In this document: positions 16,384 through 27,450 of the stretch, one piece after another
Layout: the number at the start of each line of letters is the position of its first letter
Numbering within the stretch: position 1 is the stretch's first letter
Assembly: GCF_003334785.1 (NCBI RefSeq)
Contig: NZ_QOWV01000018.1
DNA: 64,000 nt
Strand: one strand, 5' to 3'
Origin: Escherichia coli
Lineage (GTDB): Bacteria > Pseudomonadota > Gammaproteobacteria > Enterobacterales > Enterobacteriaceae
Notes under the pieces: generated by a model
What the model was told of the DNA's origin: nothing
Seen by the model: only the letters and a program-made list of their open reading frames with translations
The model's database searches: none
Position numbers and translations under genes: made by a program

Positions 16384-17811
16384 CTAGCGCGACTGCTGAT
16401 TATATTCATCATCGCGTTGATAAGCTTCATCATTCGGCTGCTCCGGAACCGACCGAAGTCGATACTCTTCATCCTGGCTCACCGCCTGTTCAGCCAAATC
16501 CGGATTAATCTCGCGTTTAATTTCTACTCCTAAACCGCGAAACGCTTCTGCCTGCGCCAGCACATTTCCGCGCCCTGAAGAGAGTTTTTTCATTGCCTGC
16601 CGATAATTATCCTGCGCTTTGTCGAGACTTTGACCAATCGCGGACATGTCATCGATGAACAAACGCATCTTGTCGTACAGCTTGCTGGCACGATCGGCGA
16701 TTTGCTGGGCGTTGCGGCTTTGATGCTCATAACGCCACAGGTTGGCGATAGTGCGCAGCGCCACCAGCAGCGTAGTCGGGCTAACCAGCATGATGTTGTT
16801 TTTCAACGCTTCGGTGATCAGCTCCGGCTGGCGGTCAAGCGCCAGTAAAAAAGCGGGTTCAACGGGAATAAACATCAGCACGTAATCCAGAGTTCGCAGC
16901 CCCGGCAGCTGTTGATAATCTTTGCGTCCCAGCAAACGGATATGGTTACGCACCGACGCGATATGTTCCTGTAGCGCGCTTTCGCGGGTGTAGTCGTCTT
17001 CGGCGTTAAAATAGCGTTCATAGGCGACCAGCGTCATTTTGGCGTCGATCACCACATCTTTTCCCTGCGGCAGGCGCACGATGACATCCGGCTGCATCCG
17101 CGAGCGGGCGTCATTTTCGATGCTGACCTGGGTTTCATATTCATACCCTTCACGCAGACCGGAAGCCTCCAGCACCCGCGTCAATACTACCTCGCCCCAG
17201 TTGCCCTGGGTTTTATTGTCGCCTTTCAGCGCGCGCGTCAGGTTGATCGCTTCCTGGGCCATTTGCGCGTTGAGTTGCTGGAGATTGCGAATTTCGTGGG
17301 TCAGGGTATGGCGTTCTTGTGCTTCTTTACCGAAGCTGTCCTGAACCTGACGGCGGAAACCGTCCAGTTGTTCACGTAGCGGCGACAACAGGCTGTTCAG
17401 ACTCTGACGGTTTTGCTCATCAACCCGGCGATTGCTGTGCTCAAAAATACGGTTGGCGAGGTTTTCAAACTGCTCACTGAGGCGCTGCTCGCTGTTAATC
17501 ATCTGGCGAATTTTATCGTCAGCATGTTGCTGTGCGGCTTCCATCCGCGTGGTTACTTCACGCAGATCGGCCTCCAGAGAGGTGTTAATACTTTGCAGGC
17601 TGCGCACTTCGTTATTGAGTAACTCGCACTCTGCACGCCAGTGCTCGCTTTGGGTAATTTGTTGTTTTGCCGCGCTTAACTCCGCGACCATCTCTTCACG
17701 TTCAGCTAATTGCTCGGCTTTTTGCTGCGCATGTTGATAACTGGCAAACAGCCAGCCAATTGCCACACCCACCAACGCAATAACTGCGTAAACCATGATT
17801 GAGAAATCCAC
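16384..17811 (-). CDS. rmuC: DNA recombination protein RmuC (475 aa)
   Basis: ORF 16384..17811; N-terminal transmembrane segment followed by a long coiled-coil region and a RmuC nuclease-like C-terminus. Confidence 0.9.
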   Translation of the reverse strand: MDFSIMVYAVIALVGVAIGWLFASYQHAQQKAEQLAEREEMVAELSAAKQQITQSEHWRAECELLNNEVRSLQSINTSLEADLREVTTRMEAAQQHADDKIRQMINSEQRLSEQFENLANRIFEHSNRRVDEQNRQSLNSLLSPLREQLDGFRRQVQDSFGKEAQERHTLTHEIRNLQQLNAQMAQEAINLTRALKGDNKTQGNWGEVVLTRVLEASGLREGYEYETQVSIENDARSRMQPDVIVRLPQGKDVVIDAKMTLVAYERYFNAEDDYTRESALQEHIASVRNHIRLLGRKDYQQLPGLRTLDYVLMFIPVEPAFLLALDRQPELITEALKNNIMLVSPTTLLVALRTIANLWRYEHQSRNAQQIADRASKLYDKMRLFIDDMSAIGQSLDKAQDNYRQAMKKLSSGRGNVLAQAEAFRGLGVEIKREINPDLAEQAVSQDEEYRLRSVPEQPNDEAYQRDDEYNQQSR

Positions 17812-17913
17812 AACGCCTCCTGACGCAACAACTTACCCGCACAAAATAGAATTGTGCTGTACAAACGTCCAGTTGGAAAGGCATTTCCTGCGAGGCGCTA
17901 CGCAAAAATACAA

Positions 17914-17934
17914 AAGGCCGAACGCGTCGGCCTT
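17914..17934 (-). terminator. Rho-independent terminator downstream of udp
   Basis: On the minus strand, hairpin aaggccgacgcgttcggcctt followed by ttttgtattttt (plus-strand A-rich tract 17901..17913). Confidence 0.7.
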
Positions 17935-17951
17935 CAGACAGGAGAAGAGAA

Positions 17952-18713
17952 TTACAGCAGACGACGCGCCGCTTCCACCACGATTTTCACCGCATGGCTT
18001 TCGGTTTGTTTCATCGTCTCAGCATTCGGGATCTCTTGCTGGGTGCGGTTAACGATAACACCCGCTACCATACCGGCACGCAGGCCCTGACTTGCACACA
18101 TGGTCAGCAGGGTTGCAGATTCCATTTCATAGTTCATTACGCCCATCGCCTGCCACTCTTCCATAGAACCTTTAAAGTGACGAACTACGCGACCAGAGTA
18201 AGTATCGTAACGTTCCTGACCTGGGTAGAAGGTATCAGAAGAAGCTGTCACGCCAACGTGAGTTGTCGCGCCAATGGATTTCGCAGCTTCAACCAGCGCA
18301 GTCGTACATTCGAAATCAGCGACAGCCGGGAATTCCAGCGGTGCGAAGTGCAGGCTCGCGCCATCCAGACGGACAGACGCCGTGGTAACCAGGACATCAC
18401 CCACATTAATATGCGGCTGAATAGCGCCCGTTGTACCGATACGCAGGAAGGTGCGAATGCCCAGCTGTGCCAGCTCTTCAACAGCAATAGAGGTAGACGG
18501 GCCGCCGATACCGGTAGAGCAGACGATAACAGGTTTACCATCCAGCTCTGCACGCCAGGTAGTGAATTCGCGGTGAGATGCCAGCTTAACCGGCTTATCC
18601 ATCAGCGCGGCGATCTTTTCCACACGATCCGGGTCGCCAGGGACGATGGCAAGCGTAGCCCCTTGTAAATCGTTTTTAGTGAGGCCGAGATGAAAAACAT
18701 CAGACTTGGACAT
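17952..18713 (-). CDS. udp: Uridine phosphorylase (253 aa)
   Basis: The ORF track starts at 18719 (MYMSKSD...); the recognised start is [35 protein letters not shown] at 18713. Confidence 0.93.
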   Translation of the reverse strand: MSKSDVFHLGLTKNDLQGATLAIVPGDPDRVEKIAALMDKPVKLASHREFTTWRAELDGKPVIVCSTGIGGPSTSIAVEELAQLGIRTFLRIGTTGAIQPHINVGDVLVTTASVRLDGASLHFAPLEFPAVADFECTTALVEAAKSIGATTHVGVTASSDTFYPGQERYDTYSGRVVRHFKGSMEEWQAMGVMNYEMESATLLTMCASQGLRAGMVAGVIVNRTQQEIPNAETMKQTESHAVKIVVEAARRLL

Positions 18714-18974
18714 ATACAACTCCTCTGTGAATCGGTTTAGTCAGAAGAAGCAAAAAGACACTTTACCGAAGGGTTTAACATTTTTTCGTGATACTCATCA
18801 CCATGACGCAAATGCGTTGCATAAATTTACCCACCAAAAGTGATGCAAATCACATAAATCACCCTTCATTCTGCAGGACTGCATAAAAGATGAGCCGATT
18901 CAGGCAATGTGATTTGTTGCATGCTGACTATAGTTAACATTGCGCAACATTTTTATAAGGGTACGGAGAATACC

Positions 18975-19790
18975 ATGGCAACAACACAACAATCTGGATT
19001 TGCACCTGCTGCATCGCCTCTCGCTTCGACCATCGTTCAGACCCCGGACGACGCGATTGTGGCGGGCTTCACCTCTATCCCTTCACAAGGGGATAACATG
19101 CCTGCTTACCATGCCAGACCAAAGCAAAGCGATGGCCCACTGCCAGTGGTCATTGTAGTGCAGGAAATTTTTGGCGTGCATGAACATATCCGCGACATTT
19201 GTCGCCGTCTGGCGCTGGAGGGGTATCTGGCTATCGCACCTGAACTTTACTTCCGCGAAGGCGATCCGAATGATTTTGCCGATATCCCCACGTTGCTTAG
19301 CGGTCTGGTAGCAAAAGTGCCTGACTCGCAGGTGCTGGCCGATCTCGATCATGTCGCCAGTTGGGCTTCCCGCAACGGCGGCGATGTTCATCGTTTAATG
19401 ATCACCGGATTCTGCTGGGGTGGACGTATCACCTGGCTGTATGCCGCGCATAATCCACAGCTAAAAGCCGCAGTGGCGTGGTACGGCAAACTGACGGGCG
19501 ACAAGTCGCTGAATTCACCGAAACAACCTGTTGATATCGCAACCGATCTTAACGCGCCGATTCTCGGCTTATATGGTGGTCAGGATAACAGCATTCCGCA
19601 GGAGAGCGTTGAAACCATGCGCCAGGCGCTGCGGGCTGCTAATGCGAAAGCAGAGATTATCGTGTACCCGGACGCCGGGCATGCATTCAACGCTGATTAT
19701 CGCCCGAGCTATCATGCCGCATCTGCAGAAGATGGCTGGCAGCGTATGCTGGAATGGTTTAAGCAGTATGGTGGGAAGAAGTCGCTGTAA
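18975..19790 (+). CDS. ysgA: Dienelactone hydrolase family protein (271 aa)
   Basis: The ORF track opens at 18909; the recognised start [22 protein letters not shown] is at ATG 18975, preceded by ggagaatacc. Alpha/beta-hydrolase motif GFCWGG. Confidence 0.85.
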   Translation: MATTQQSGFAPAASPLASTIVQTPDDAIVAGFTSIPSQGDNMPAYHARPKQSDGPLPVVIVVQEIFGVHEHIRDICRRLALEGYLAIAPELYFREGDPNDFADIPTLLSGLVAKVPDSQVLADLDHVASWASRNGGDVHRLMITGFCWGGRITWLYAAHNPQLKAAVAWYGKLTGDKSLNSPKQPVDIATDLNAPILGLYGGQDNSIPQESVETMRQALRAANAKAEIIVYPDAGHAFNADYRPSYHAASAEDGWQRMLEWFKQYGGKKSL

Positions 19791-19800
19791 TGAGAAAAGA

Positions 19801-19821
19801 CCGGGTGGTATTACCACCCGG
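19801..19821. terminator. Stem-loop terminator between convergent ysgA and metE
   Basis: Hairpin ccgggtgg-tatta-ccacccgg followed by tttggatttt on the plus strand; could serve both convergent genes. Confidence 0.6.
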
Positions 19822-19829
19822 TTTGGATT

Positions 19830-22091
19830 TTACCCCCGACGCAAGTTCTGCGCCGCCTGCACCATGTTCGCCAGTGCCGCGCGGGTTTCTGGCCAGCCGC
19901 GCGTTTTCAGGCCACAGTCCGGGTTGACCCACAGGCGCTCTGCCGGAATGCGTTTTGCCGCTTTCTTCAGCAAGGCTTCAATCCATTCCACGCTCGGTAC
20001 GTTTGGCGAGTGAATGTCATAGACGCCAGGACCGATTTCATTTGGATAATCAAACTCTTCAAACGACTCCAGCAACTCCATGTCGGAACGCGAGGTTTCG
20101 ATGGTGATGACGTCTGCGTCCAGCGCCGCAATCGAATCCATGATGTCGTTGAACTCGCAATAACACATGTGAGTGTGGATTTGTGTGTCATCTTTCGCCA
20201 CGGCGGCGTTGATACGGAAGGCCTCTACGCCCCACTGGAGATACGCATCCCAGTCGCTACGACGCAGCGGTAAACCTTCGCGCAGCGCCGGTTCGTCAAT
20301 CTGGATGATGCCAATTCCAGCGGCTTCCAGATCGGCCACTTCATCACGCAGCGCCAGCGCAATCTGTTTGGCGATGGTTTCACGGCTGACATCTTCACGC
20401 GGGAACGACCAGCAGAGTATGGTCACCGGCCCCGTCAGCATCCCTTTCACCGGTTTGTCGGTCAGCGATTGCGCATACTTCGCCCACTCCACGGTAATCG
20501 GTGCCGGGCGGCTAATGTCACCAATGACAATCGGTGGCTTCACGCAGCGGGAACCGTAGCTCTGTACCCAACCGTTTTGCGTAAAGACAAATCCGTCGAG
20601 GTGCTCGCCAAAGTATTCCACCATGTCATTACGCTCGGCCTCGCCATGTACCAGCACATCCAGTCCCAAACGTTCCTGCTCAACAATGGCCTGCTTGATA
20701 TGTTCCGCAATGCCCGTGCGGTAGTTGTTGGCGTCGAGATTGCCCTTTTTGAAATCCAGACGCAGGGTACGAATTTCCGTGGTTTGCGGGAAGGAACCAA
20801 TCGTGGTGGTCGGCCACGCTGGCAGTTTAAAACGCGCACGCTGGGCTTCAGCACGCACTTCATAGACATTCGCACGCTGGCTGTCCTGGGCGGTGATCGC
20901 CGCCAGACGCTTTTCTACCGCCGGATTATGTACGCGGGTAGAGTGACGACGTGCCTGAATCGGGGCGCTCCACTCTGCCAGAGCTGCCGTGTCACCACTG
21001 TTCAGCGCATCGCGCAGCAGTGCCAGTTCATGGCATTTTTGTAGGGCGAAGGCAAACCAGCTTTTCACTTCTGCATCAAGACGCGTTTCCACGCTCAGGT
21101 CGATGGGGCTGTGCAGCAACGAGCAGGAAGATGCCACCCACAAATCACGTTTGCCGACAATGTCCTTAATTTGCGCATATTTCTCGGTAAGATCGGCGCG
21201 CCAGACGTTACGACCATTGATCAGACCCGCAGACAGCAACCAGTCAGAAGGCAGGCGCTTGTGCAGTTCAGCAACGTCATCTTTACCATGTACGAGGTCA
21301 ACATGCAGACCCTGAACAGGCAGCGCAGTAATCGTGTCGAGATTTGGCGTTACGCCTTCAAAATAGGTGGTCAGCAGCAGTTTCACCTGTCCCTGGAGCG
21401 CGTCGTAAGCGGGTTTGTATGCGTCCAGCCACGCCTGTGGTAGTTCCAGTACCAGCGCGGGTTCATCAATCTGTACCCACTCGATGCCGCGTTTCGCCAG
21501 TTCTGCCAGCACTTGCTGATAAACCGGCAGAATGTCGTTCAGCAGGCTCAGGCGGTCAAATTGTTCACCTTTCACTTTCCCCAGCCACAGCCAGGTAACC
21601 GGCCCCAGCAGCACAGGTTTCACCTTGTGGCCCAGCGCCAGCGCCTCGTCCACTTCGTCCAGCAGCTGCGTCCAGGTCAGTTTGAACTGTTGGCCTTTAA
21701 CGAACTCCGGCACCATGTAGTGATAGTTGGTGTTAAACCATTTGGTCATTTCCGCTGCCGCCGCAGGTTCGCCAGTCGGCGCACGTCCACGACCAATACG
21801 GAACAGGGTGTCGATATCTACCGAACCATCTTTGTTCTGATGACGCGCCGGAACGTTACCCAGCAGCAGACTGGTGGTCAGTACATGATCGTACCAGGCA
21901 AAATCGCCCACCGGCAGCAGGTCGATACCCGCTTGCTTTTGTTGATCCCAGTGACGAGCACGCAATTCACGCCCTACCGCCAGCAGTTCTTCACGCGTGG
22001 AGTTCCCCGCCCAATAACTTTCTTGCGCTTTTTTCAGCTCGCGACGCAGGCCAACGCGAGGGAAACCGAGGGTGTGATTCAATATTGTCAT
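19830..22091 (-). CDS. metE: Cobalamin-independent methionine synthase (753 aa)
   Basis: ORF 19830..22091; [51 protein letters not shown]... Confidence 0.95.
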
Positions 22092-22226
22092 TTTTTCTTC
22101 CTCTAATTATATGTAAATCCTATGGATTTTGAATTTAGGGAAGGCGGCAAGTTTATTCATCCCCGGGAGCTTACTGAAGTAAGTGACCGGGGTGGAGAAA
22201 CGCAGCCAACGCACCATAAATTTAAA

Positions 22227-22264
22227 AGACGAAGGATTTTAGCCGTCCAGATGTTTACACATCC
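22227..22264. promoter_or_regulatory. Candidate MetJ operator (tandem met-box-like 8-mers) in the metE/metR divergent control region
   Basis: Tandem 8-mers agccgtcc / agatgttt / acacatcc (22241..22264) and agacgaag (22227..22234) match the AGACGTCT met-box consensus at 5-6 of 8 positions. Both genes are known MetJ targets. Confidence 0.4.
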
Positions 22265-22327
22265 ATAATTGGCGGTTACTGTATATTCCTCAAGCGCAAA
22301 TTATTCATGCCGAAGTGAAGGACTTTC

Positions 22328-23281
22328 ATGATCGAAGTAAAACACCTGAAAACGCTACAAGCGTTGCGGAACTGCGGCTCGCTCGCAGCCGCTGCGGCGA
22401 CGTTGCATCAGACGCAATCCGCCCTGTCTCACCAGTTTAGCGATCTGGAACAACGCCTTGGCTTCCGGCTATTTGTGCGTAAGAGCCAGCCGCTACGCTT
22501 TACACCGCAGGGAGAAATCCTGTTGCAACTGGCAAACCAGGTACTGCCGCAAATTAGCCAGGCCCTGCAAGCCTGCAATGAACCGCAGCAGACGCGTCTG
22601 CGCATTGCCATTGAGTGCCATAGCTGTATTCAGTGGCTGACACCCGCGTTAGAAAATTTCCATAAGAACTGGCCGCAGGTAGAGATGGATTTTAAATCGG
22701 GCGTGACATTTGACCCGCAGCCCGCCTTGCAACAGGGAGAGCTGGATCTGGTAATGACGTCCGATATTCTGCCGCGCAGTGGCCTGCATTATTCGCCGAT
22801 GTTCGACTATGAAGTGCGTCTGGTGTTAGCACCTGACCATCCACTGGCGGCGAAAACGCGAATTACACCGGAAGATCTCGCCAGCGAGACGCTATTAATT
22901 TATCCGGTGCAGCGTAGTCGACTGGATGTCTGGCGGCATTTTCTTCAGCCGGCAGGCGTCAGCCCGTCACTGAAAAGCGTCGATAACACCTTATTGTTGA
23001 TTCAGATGGTTGCCGCGCGGATGGGTATTGCCGCGCTACCGCATTGGGTAGTAGAGAGTTTTGAGCGCCAGGGTCTGGTGGTGACCAAAACCCTGGGCGA
23101 AGGCTTGTGGAGCCGACTGTACGCCGCCGTGCGCGATGGCGAGCAGCGTCAGCCAGTTACGGAAGCGTTTATTCGCTCAGCGCGCAATCACGCCTGCGAT
23201 CATCTGCCGTTTGTGAAGAGCGCGGAGCGACCCACTTACGATGCACCCACAGTGAGGCCAGGATCACCAGCGCGCCTGTAA
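22328..23281 (+). CDS. metR: LysR-family transcriptional activator MetR (317 aa)
   Basis: ORF 22328..23281; [63 protein letters not shown]; helix-turn-helix at N-terminus. Confidence 0.94.
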
Positions 23282-24068
23282 TAAACGTTGGCCAGTGCGG
23301 CTGTTGGTGCCAGATAGCCAGGTTTACCAGCAGCCCTGCCGGAACGTGCATATTATTCATAATGCCCAGCGTTCCGGCGTCCACCTGCGTCGCGCCGTAG
23401 TTCCACATAAAGTAGCCAATCCCGGAAGCCACCACGCCAAGAAACACCAGAATGCCCCATTGCAGCGTGGTTTGCGGCATTTTCTGCGCATTTCCCAGCA
23501 AGAACCATGCAATCACTGCCACCAGAAACGCGCCAAGATAGAACCACGCAAAGGCGTTATGCTGTGGCATCGGGCGAGTTTCCATCAGGCGTTTGTAACC
23601 CACCATGCCAATGGCAAAAGTGATATTGGAGAGTTGCACCAGCAGCAAGCCAGTCCAGAAATGGTCGGTGACCTGATCATAGCGAATAATCCCGGCACCA
23701 ATCACCGCCAGCAAGGCGCTAAAGGCATAGCCCCAGCGCAGACGGCGCTTACTCATGATGTCATAAATCAGCGTGATGTAGAGCGGCGTCAGCACGGTGA
23801 ACAGCAGCAGCTCGGAAACCGTCAGGTAGAGATAAGCGCGGAAACTCAGCATATACATCACGCCAAGCTGCATCGCGCCCACCAGCATATACAGGCCGAC
23901 CGTTTTCAGGCTATTGCCACGGGTACGCAGAAACGGCAGAAAAACGAGTGCCGCCAGGCCAACGCGCACCAGCACCGCAAAATAGCTATCGACGTGCCCC
24001 GCAAGGTACTCGCCATAAAAGCTAAAGGAGAAGGCCCACAGAATCGTGGTGATGATAAGTAGCGCCAC
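23169..24068 (-). CDS. yigM: DMT/EamA-family inner membrane transporter YigM (299 aa)
   Basis: ORF 23169..24068; polytopic membrane protein [24 protein letters not shown]...; its 3' end overlaps the metR 3' end convergently by 113 nt. Confidence 0.85.
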
Positions 24069-24143
24069 AATGGAAAACTCTTTGATTAACGGGTATCCAT
24101 TGTAGCGAAGTATCAGGTTGACAACTGACCAAATAAAGAACGA

Positions 24144-24944
24144 TTACGATAAATAGAGTTTACGCAGATAATGCGGCACCGCGTCGTCGGCATTAGTACC
24201 AATCACTTCCAGCTCGGGATGAAGGTCTTTCAGACGCTGGTGCGCACTGCCCATAATGCAGCCTTTCCCCGCCATCGACAGCATTTCGGCGTCGTTCATC
24301 CCGTCACCAAACGCAATACAATCCTTCAGGCTGTAGCCCAGTTTCTTCGCCACCGCTTCCAGCGCATGGCCTTTTGAAACGCCGCCCGCCATCACTTCCA
24401 GACAGGTTAAGGTAGAGAAACTGACGTTGACGCGATCGCCCCAACGAGCGTTAATCGCCTGCTCCAGCGGCAGCAGTTGTTCATGGGAATCGCAGGTGAA
24501 GAACACTTTGCTGACGCCTTCCGGCTCCAGTAATCCAGGCTCATACAGCGCATATTGGAACACCGCTTCTTTAAAAAAGCGCATCTCTTCCGGGCGATGG
24601 CGATTCATAAACCATTCGTCGTCGCGATAAACGTTAGTAATGATGTCCGGATTGTCGTTGACTACGCCAAACAGATCGCTGGCAATGTCGCGATCCAGGT
24701 TATGAGCAAAAATCAGATTACCATCCAGATCGTGAACGCGCGCACCATTGGAGGTAATCATGTAAGACTTAATCTCCAGATTATCGCGAATTTGCCCCAC
24801 ATCAACGTGGTGACGACCGGTCGCAAACACAAAGTTGATGCCGCGCGCGGTGAGCAGCTTCAGAGTTTCTTTGGCGTAAGGGGATAACGTATGGTCGGGA
24901 GAAAGTAACGTGCCATCTAAATCAGACGCAACAACCTGGTACAT
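24144..24944 (-). CDS. yigL: Cof-type HAD phosphatase YigL (266 aa)
   Basis: The ORF track extends to 25070; the recognised start MYQVVASDLDGTLLSPDHTLSPYAKETLKLL (HAD motif I DxDGT) is the internal Met at 24944. Confidence 0.88.
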   Translation of the reverse strand: MYQVVASDLDGTLLSPDHTLSPYAKETLKLLTARGINFVFATGRHHVDVGQIRDNLEIKSYMITSNGARVHDLDGNLIFAHNLDRDIASDLFGVVNDNPDIITNVYRDDEWFMNRHRPEEMRFFKEAVFQYALYEPGLLEPEGVSKVFFTCDSHEQLLPLEQAINARWGDRVNVSFSTLTCLEVMAGGVSKGHALEAVAKKLGYSLKDCIAFGDGMNDAEMLSMAGKGCIMGSAHQRLKDLHPELEVIGTNADDAVPHYLRKLYLS

Positions 24945-24951
24945 AAGAAAT

Positions 24952-25974
24952 TTAAACCTCTGTAGAGCGGTTTCCGCTGGGTGAGTTATGCCTGTTGAAA
25001 AAATCAACGATGGCGTGGAGCGCGACTGAGCGCATTGCGTCCTTTTCAAAAAGGATCTCATGGTAAGCACCTTTAATTACCAACGGCCGTCCTCCTTCGA
25101 CAGGATGGCCCGCGGCGGTGCGGAGTTCACAAAAACGGTCATGCATGCGGTTATCCACCACGCGTTCCTCTTCAGCCTGCAAGAGAAGCGTTGGCGTGGC
25201 GTCATCACCCGCACCGGCTAACACCTGTTCGCCAGCCAGAATACTTTCGCGTACCCAATGGTAGGTCGGCCCACCGACGCGAATCGTTGGGTCATCAGCA
25301 TAGAAGCGTAAGTTACGTCGATATCGCTGTCTGCTGTGGGTCAGTACGTTGATAGCAAACGGCAACGCGCGCCAGCGCCCGGTGCCTATTGCATAGCCAT
25401 CACGGAAACGTGGATGCGCTTCGGCCCAGTTGAGGATCTGCCGTGCCATAAATGACGGCATACGAATCACGATCCCAAACATTGGCGCAGTTAGCGCAAT
25501 GGCGTCACATACACCTGGATGGCGTTGCAGAAATAATGTGGAGATCGCACCGCCCATCGAATGTGCCAGTATATAGCGTTTACGCCACGGACCGGGCTGA
25601 ACCTCCTGCTGCCAGAATGCCGCCAGATCATCAACATAATCATTAAAGCGATTAACATGCCCGAGATGCGGATCGGCTAACAGGCGACCGGAACGTCCCT
25701 GCCCGCGATGGTCGATGATTAAGACATCAAACCCCAAATGGAACAGGTCATAGGCCAGTTCCGCATATTTTACGTAGCTCTCAATACGCCCCGGGCAGAT
25801 GACTACCACCCGGTCATGGTGCTGTGCGCGAAAACGGACAAAGCGCACCGGAATGTCATCCACACCAGTAAACTCTGCTTCATCACGCTGACGCCAGAAA
25901 TCAGTCAGCGGTCCCATGGTAAAAGCAGCAAACGCGTTTTCTCTTGTTTCCCAGTCTTTTTGCTGCTGAAACAT
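24952..25974 (-). CDS. pldB: Lysophospholipase L2 (340 aa)
   Basis: ORF 24952..25974; alpha/beta hydrolase with GHSMGG nucleophile motif; MFQQQKDWETRENAFAAFTMGPL... Confidence 0.92.
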   Translation of the reverse strand: MFQQQKDWETRENAFAAFTMGPLTDFWRQRDEAEFTGVDDIPVRFVRFRAQHHDRVVVICPGRIESYVKYAELAYDLFHLGFDVLIIDHRGQGRSGRLLADPHLGHVNRFNDYVDDLAAFWQQEVQPGPWRKRYILAHSMGGAISTLFLQRHPGVCDAIALTAPMFGIVIRMPSFMARQILNWAEAHPRFRDGYAIGTGRWRALPFAINVLTHSRQRYRRNLRFYADDPTIRVGGPTYHWVRESILAGEQVLAGAGDDATPTLLLQAEEERVVDNRMHDRFCELRTAAGHPVEGGRPLVIKGAYHEILFEKDAMRSVALHAIVDFFNRHNSPSGNRSTEV

Positions 25975-26084
25975 CGGGTAATCTGCCTCTTAAACCACGT
26001 AAAATCGTTTTTTTTAGCGTGCCTGACACAACGCTGCGACAGTAGCGTATTGTGGCACAAAAATAGACACACCGGGAGTTCATC

Positions 26085-26705
26085 ATGACCTTAGAATGGT
26101 GGTTTGCCTACCTGCTGACATCGATCATTTTAAGCCTGTCGCCAGGCTCTGGTGCAATCAACACTATGACCACCTCGCTCAACCACGGTTATCGCGGCGC
26201 GGTGGCGTCTATTGCTGGGCTTCAGACCGGACTGGCGATTCATATTGTGCTGGTTGGCGTGGGGTTGGGGACGCTATTTTCCCGCTCAGTGATTGCGTTT
26301 GAAGTGTTGAAGTGGGCAGGCGCGGCTTACTTGATTTGGCTGGGAATCCAGCAGTGGCGCGCCGCTGGTGCAATTGACCTTAAATCGCTGGCCTCTACTC
26401 AATCGCGTCGACATTTGTTCCAGCGCGCAGTTTTTGTGAATCTCACCAATCCCAAAAGTATTGTGTTTCTGGCGGCGCTATTTCCGCAATTCATCATGCC
26501 GCAACAGCCGCAACTGATGCAGTATATCGTGCTCGGCGTCACCACTATTGTGGTCGATATTATTGTGATGATCGGTTACGCCACCCTTGCTCAACGGATT
26601 GCTCTATGGATTAAAGGACCAAAGCAGATGAAGGCGCTGAATAAGATTTTCGGCTCGTTGTTTATGCTGGTGGGAGCGCTGTTAGCATCGGCGAGGCATG
26701 CGTGA
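26085..26705 (+). CDS. rhtB: Homoserine/homoserine-lactone efflux protein, LysE/RhtB family (206 aa)
   Basis: ORF 26085..26705; [39 protein letters not shown]... Confidence 0.93.
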
Positions 26706-26713
26706 AAAATAAT

Positions 26714-26743
26714 GTCGGATGCGGCGTAAACGCCTTATCCGAC
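26714..26743. repeat. Single REP element between rhtB and rhtC
   Basis: gtcggatgcggcgtaaacgccttatccgac, a palindromic REP-family sequence. Confidence 0.8.
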
Positions 26744-26766
26744 TTACTCTGAAGACGCGTCTGGCA

Positions 26767-27387
26767 TCACCGCGAAATAATCAAATGAATGCCAAATCCG
26801 GCAAATAACGCCCCGGCAAAACCATCAATCCACTTCGCCAGACGTTGATAACCACGGCGCATTTGCGGCAGGGCAAACAGGCTGGCAACGACGGTAAACC
26901 ACGCCAGCGTTTCGACAATGATCAGCGCAAAAATGCCCCAGCGCGCGGTAGTGCCAACGTTATCACCGACAAACAATGAGAACACCGAGCCAAAGTAGAT
27001 AATCGCTTTCGGATTAGCGAGATTGGTCAGTAAACCTTTCAGGAAACTGCGCCCACTTTTCGCCAGCTCGACCTGTGGCGCAGGTGCAGAAACCGCCTCT
27101 TTTTTCAGTGCACCACGTAGCATCTGGTAACCCATCCAGCAGAGATACAGGCCACCGCCCACCATAATCAGCGTATGCAGCCAGGCCATTTTTTCGATAA
27201 TCAAATGCAGGCCAAGCAGCGCAATCCCAGCCCAAACCATTACGCCGCAGGTAATGCCCAGCACGCCCATCATCGCTTCTTTACGGGAACGACTGACAGC
27301 GGTCTGAGAGACAAAAAAGAAATCGGGACCGGGGCTCATAAGCGCCACAATGTGCACCATGGCGACGGTGAGAAATAACATCAACAT
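26767..27387 (-). CDS. rhtC: Threonine efflux protein, LysE/RhtB family (206 aa)
   Basis: ORF 26767..27387; MLMLFLTVAMVHIVALMSPGPDFFFVSQTAVSRSRKEAMMGVLGIT... Confidence 0.93.
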   Translation of the reverse strand: MLMLFLTVAMVHIVALMSPGPDFFFVSQTAVSRSRKEAMMGVLGITCGVMVWAGIALLGLHLIIEKMAWLHTLIMVGGGLYLCWMGYQMLRGALKKEAVSAPAPQVELAKSGRSFLKGLLTNLANPKAIIYFGSVFSLFVGDNVGTTARWGIFALIIVETLAWFTVVASLFALPQMRRGYQRLAKWIDGFAGALFAGFGIHLIISR

Positions 27388-27450
27388 ACATTTGACTCGC
27401 GGGGGAAACGTTTACGGAGTCTTCATACTGGCACTTTTTTATGCTGCTGA

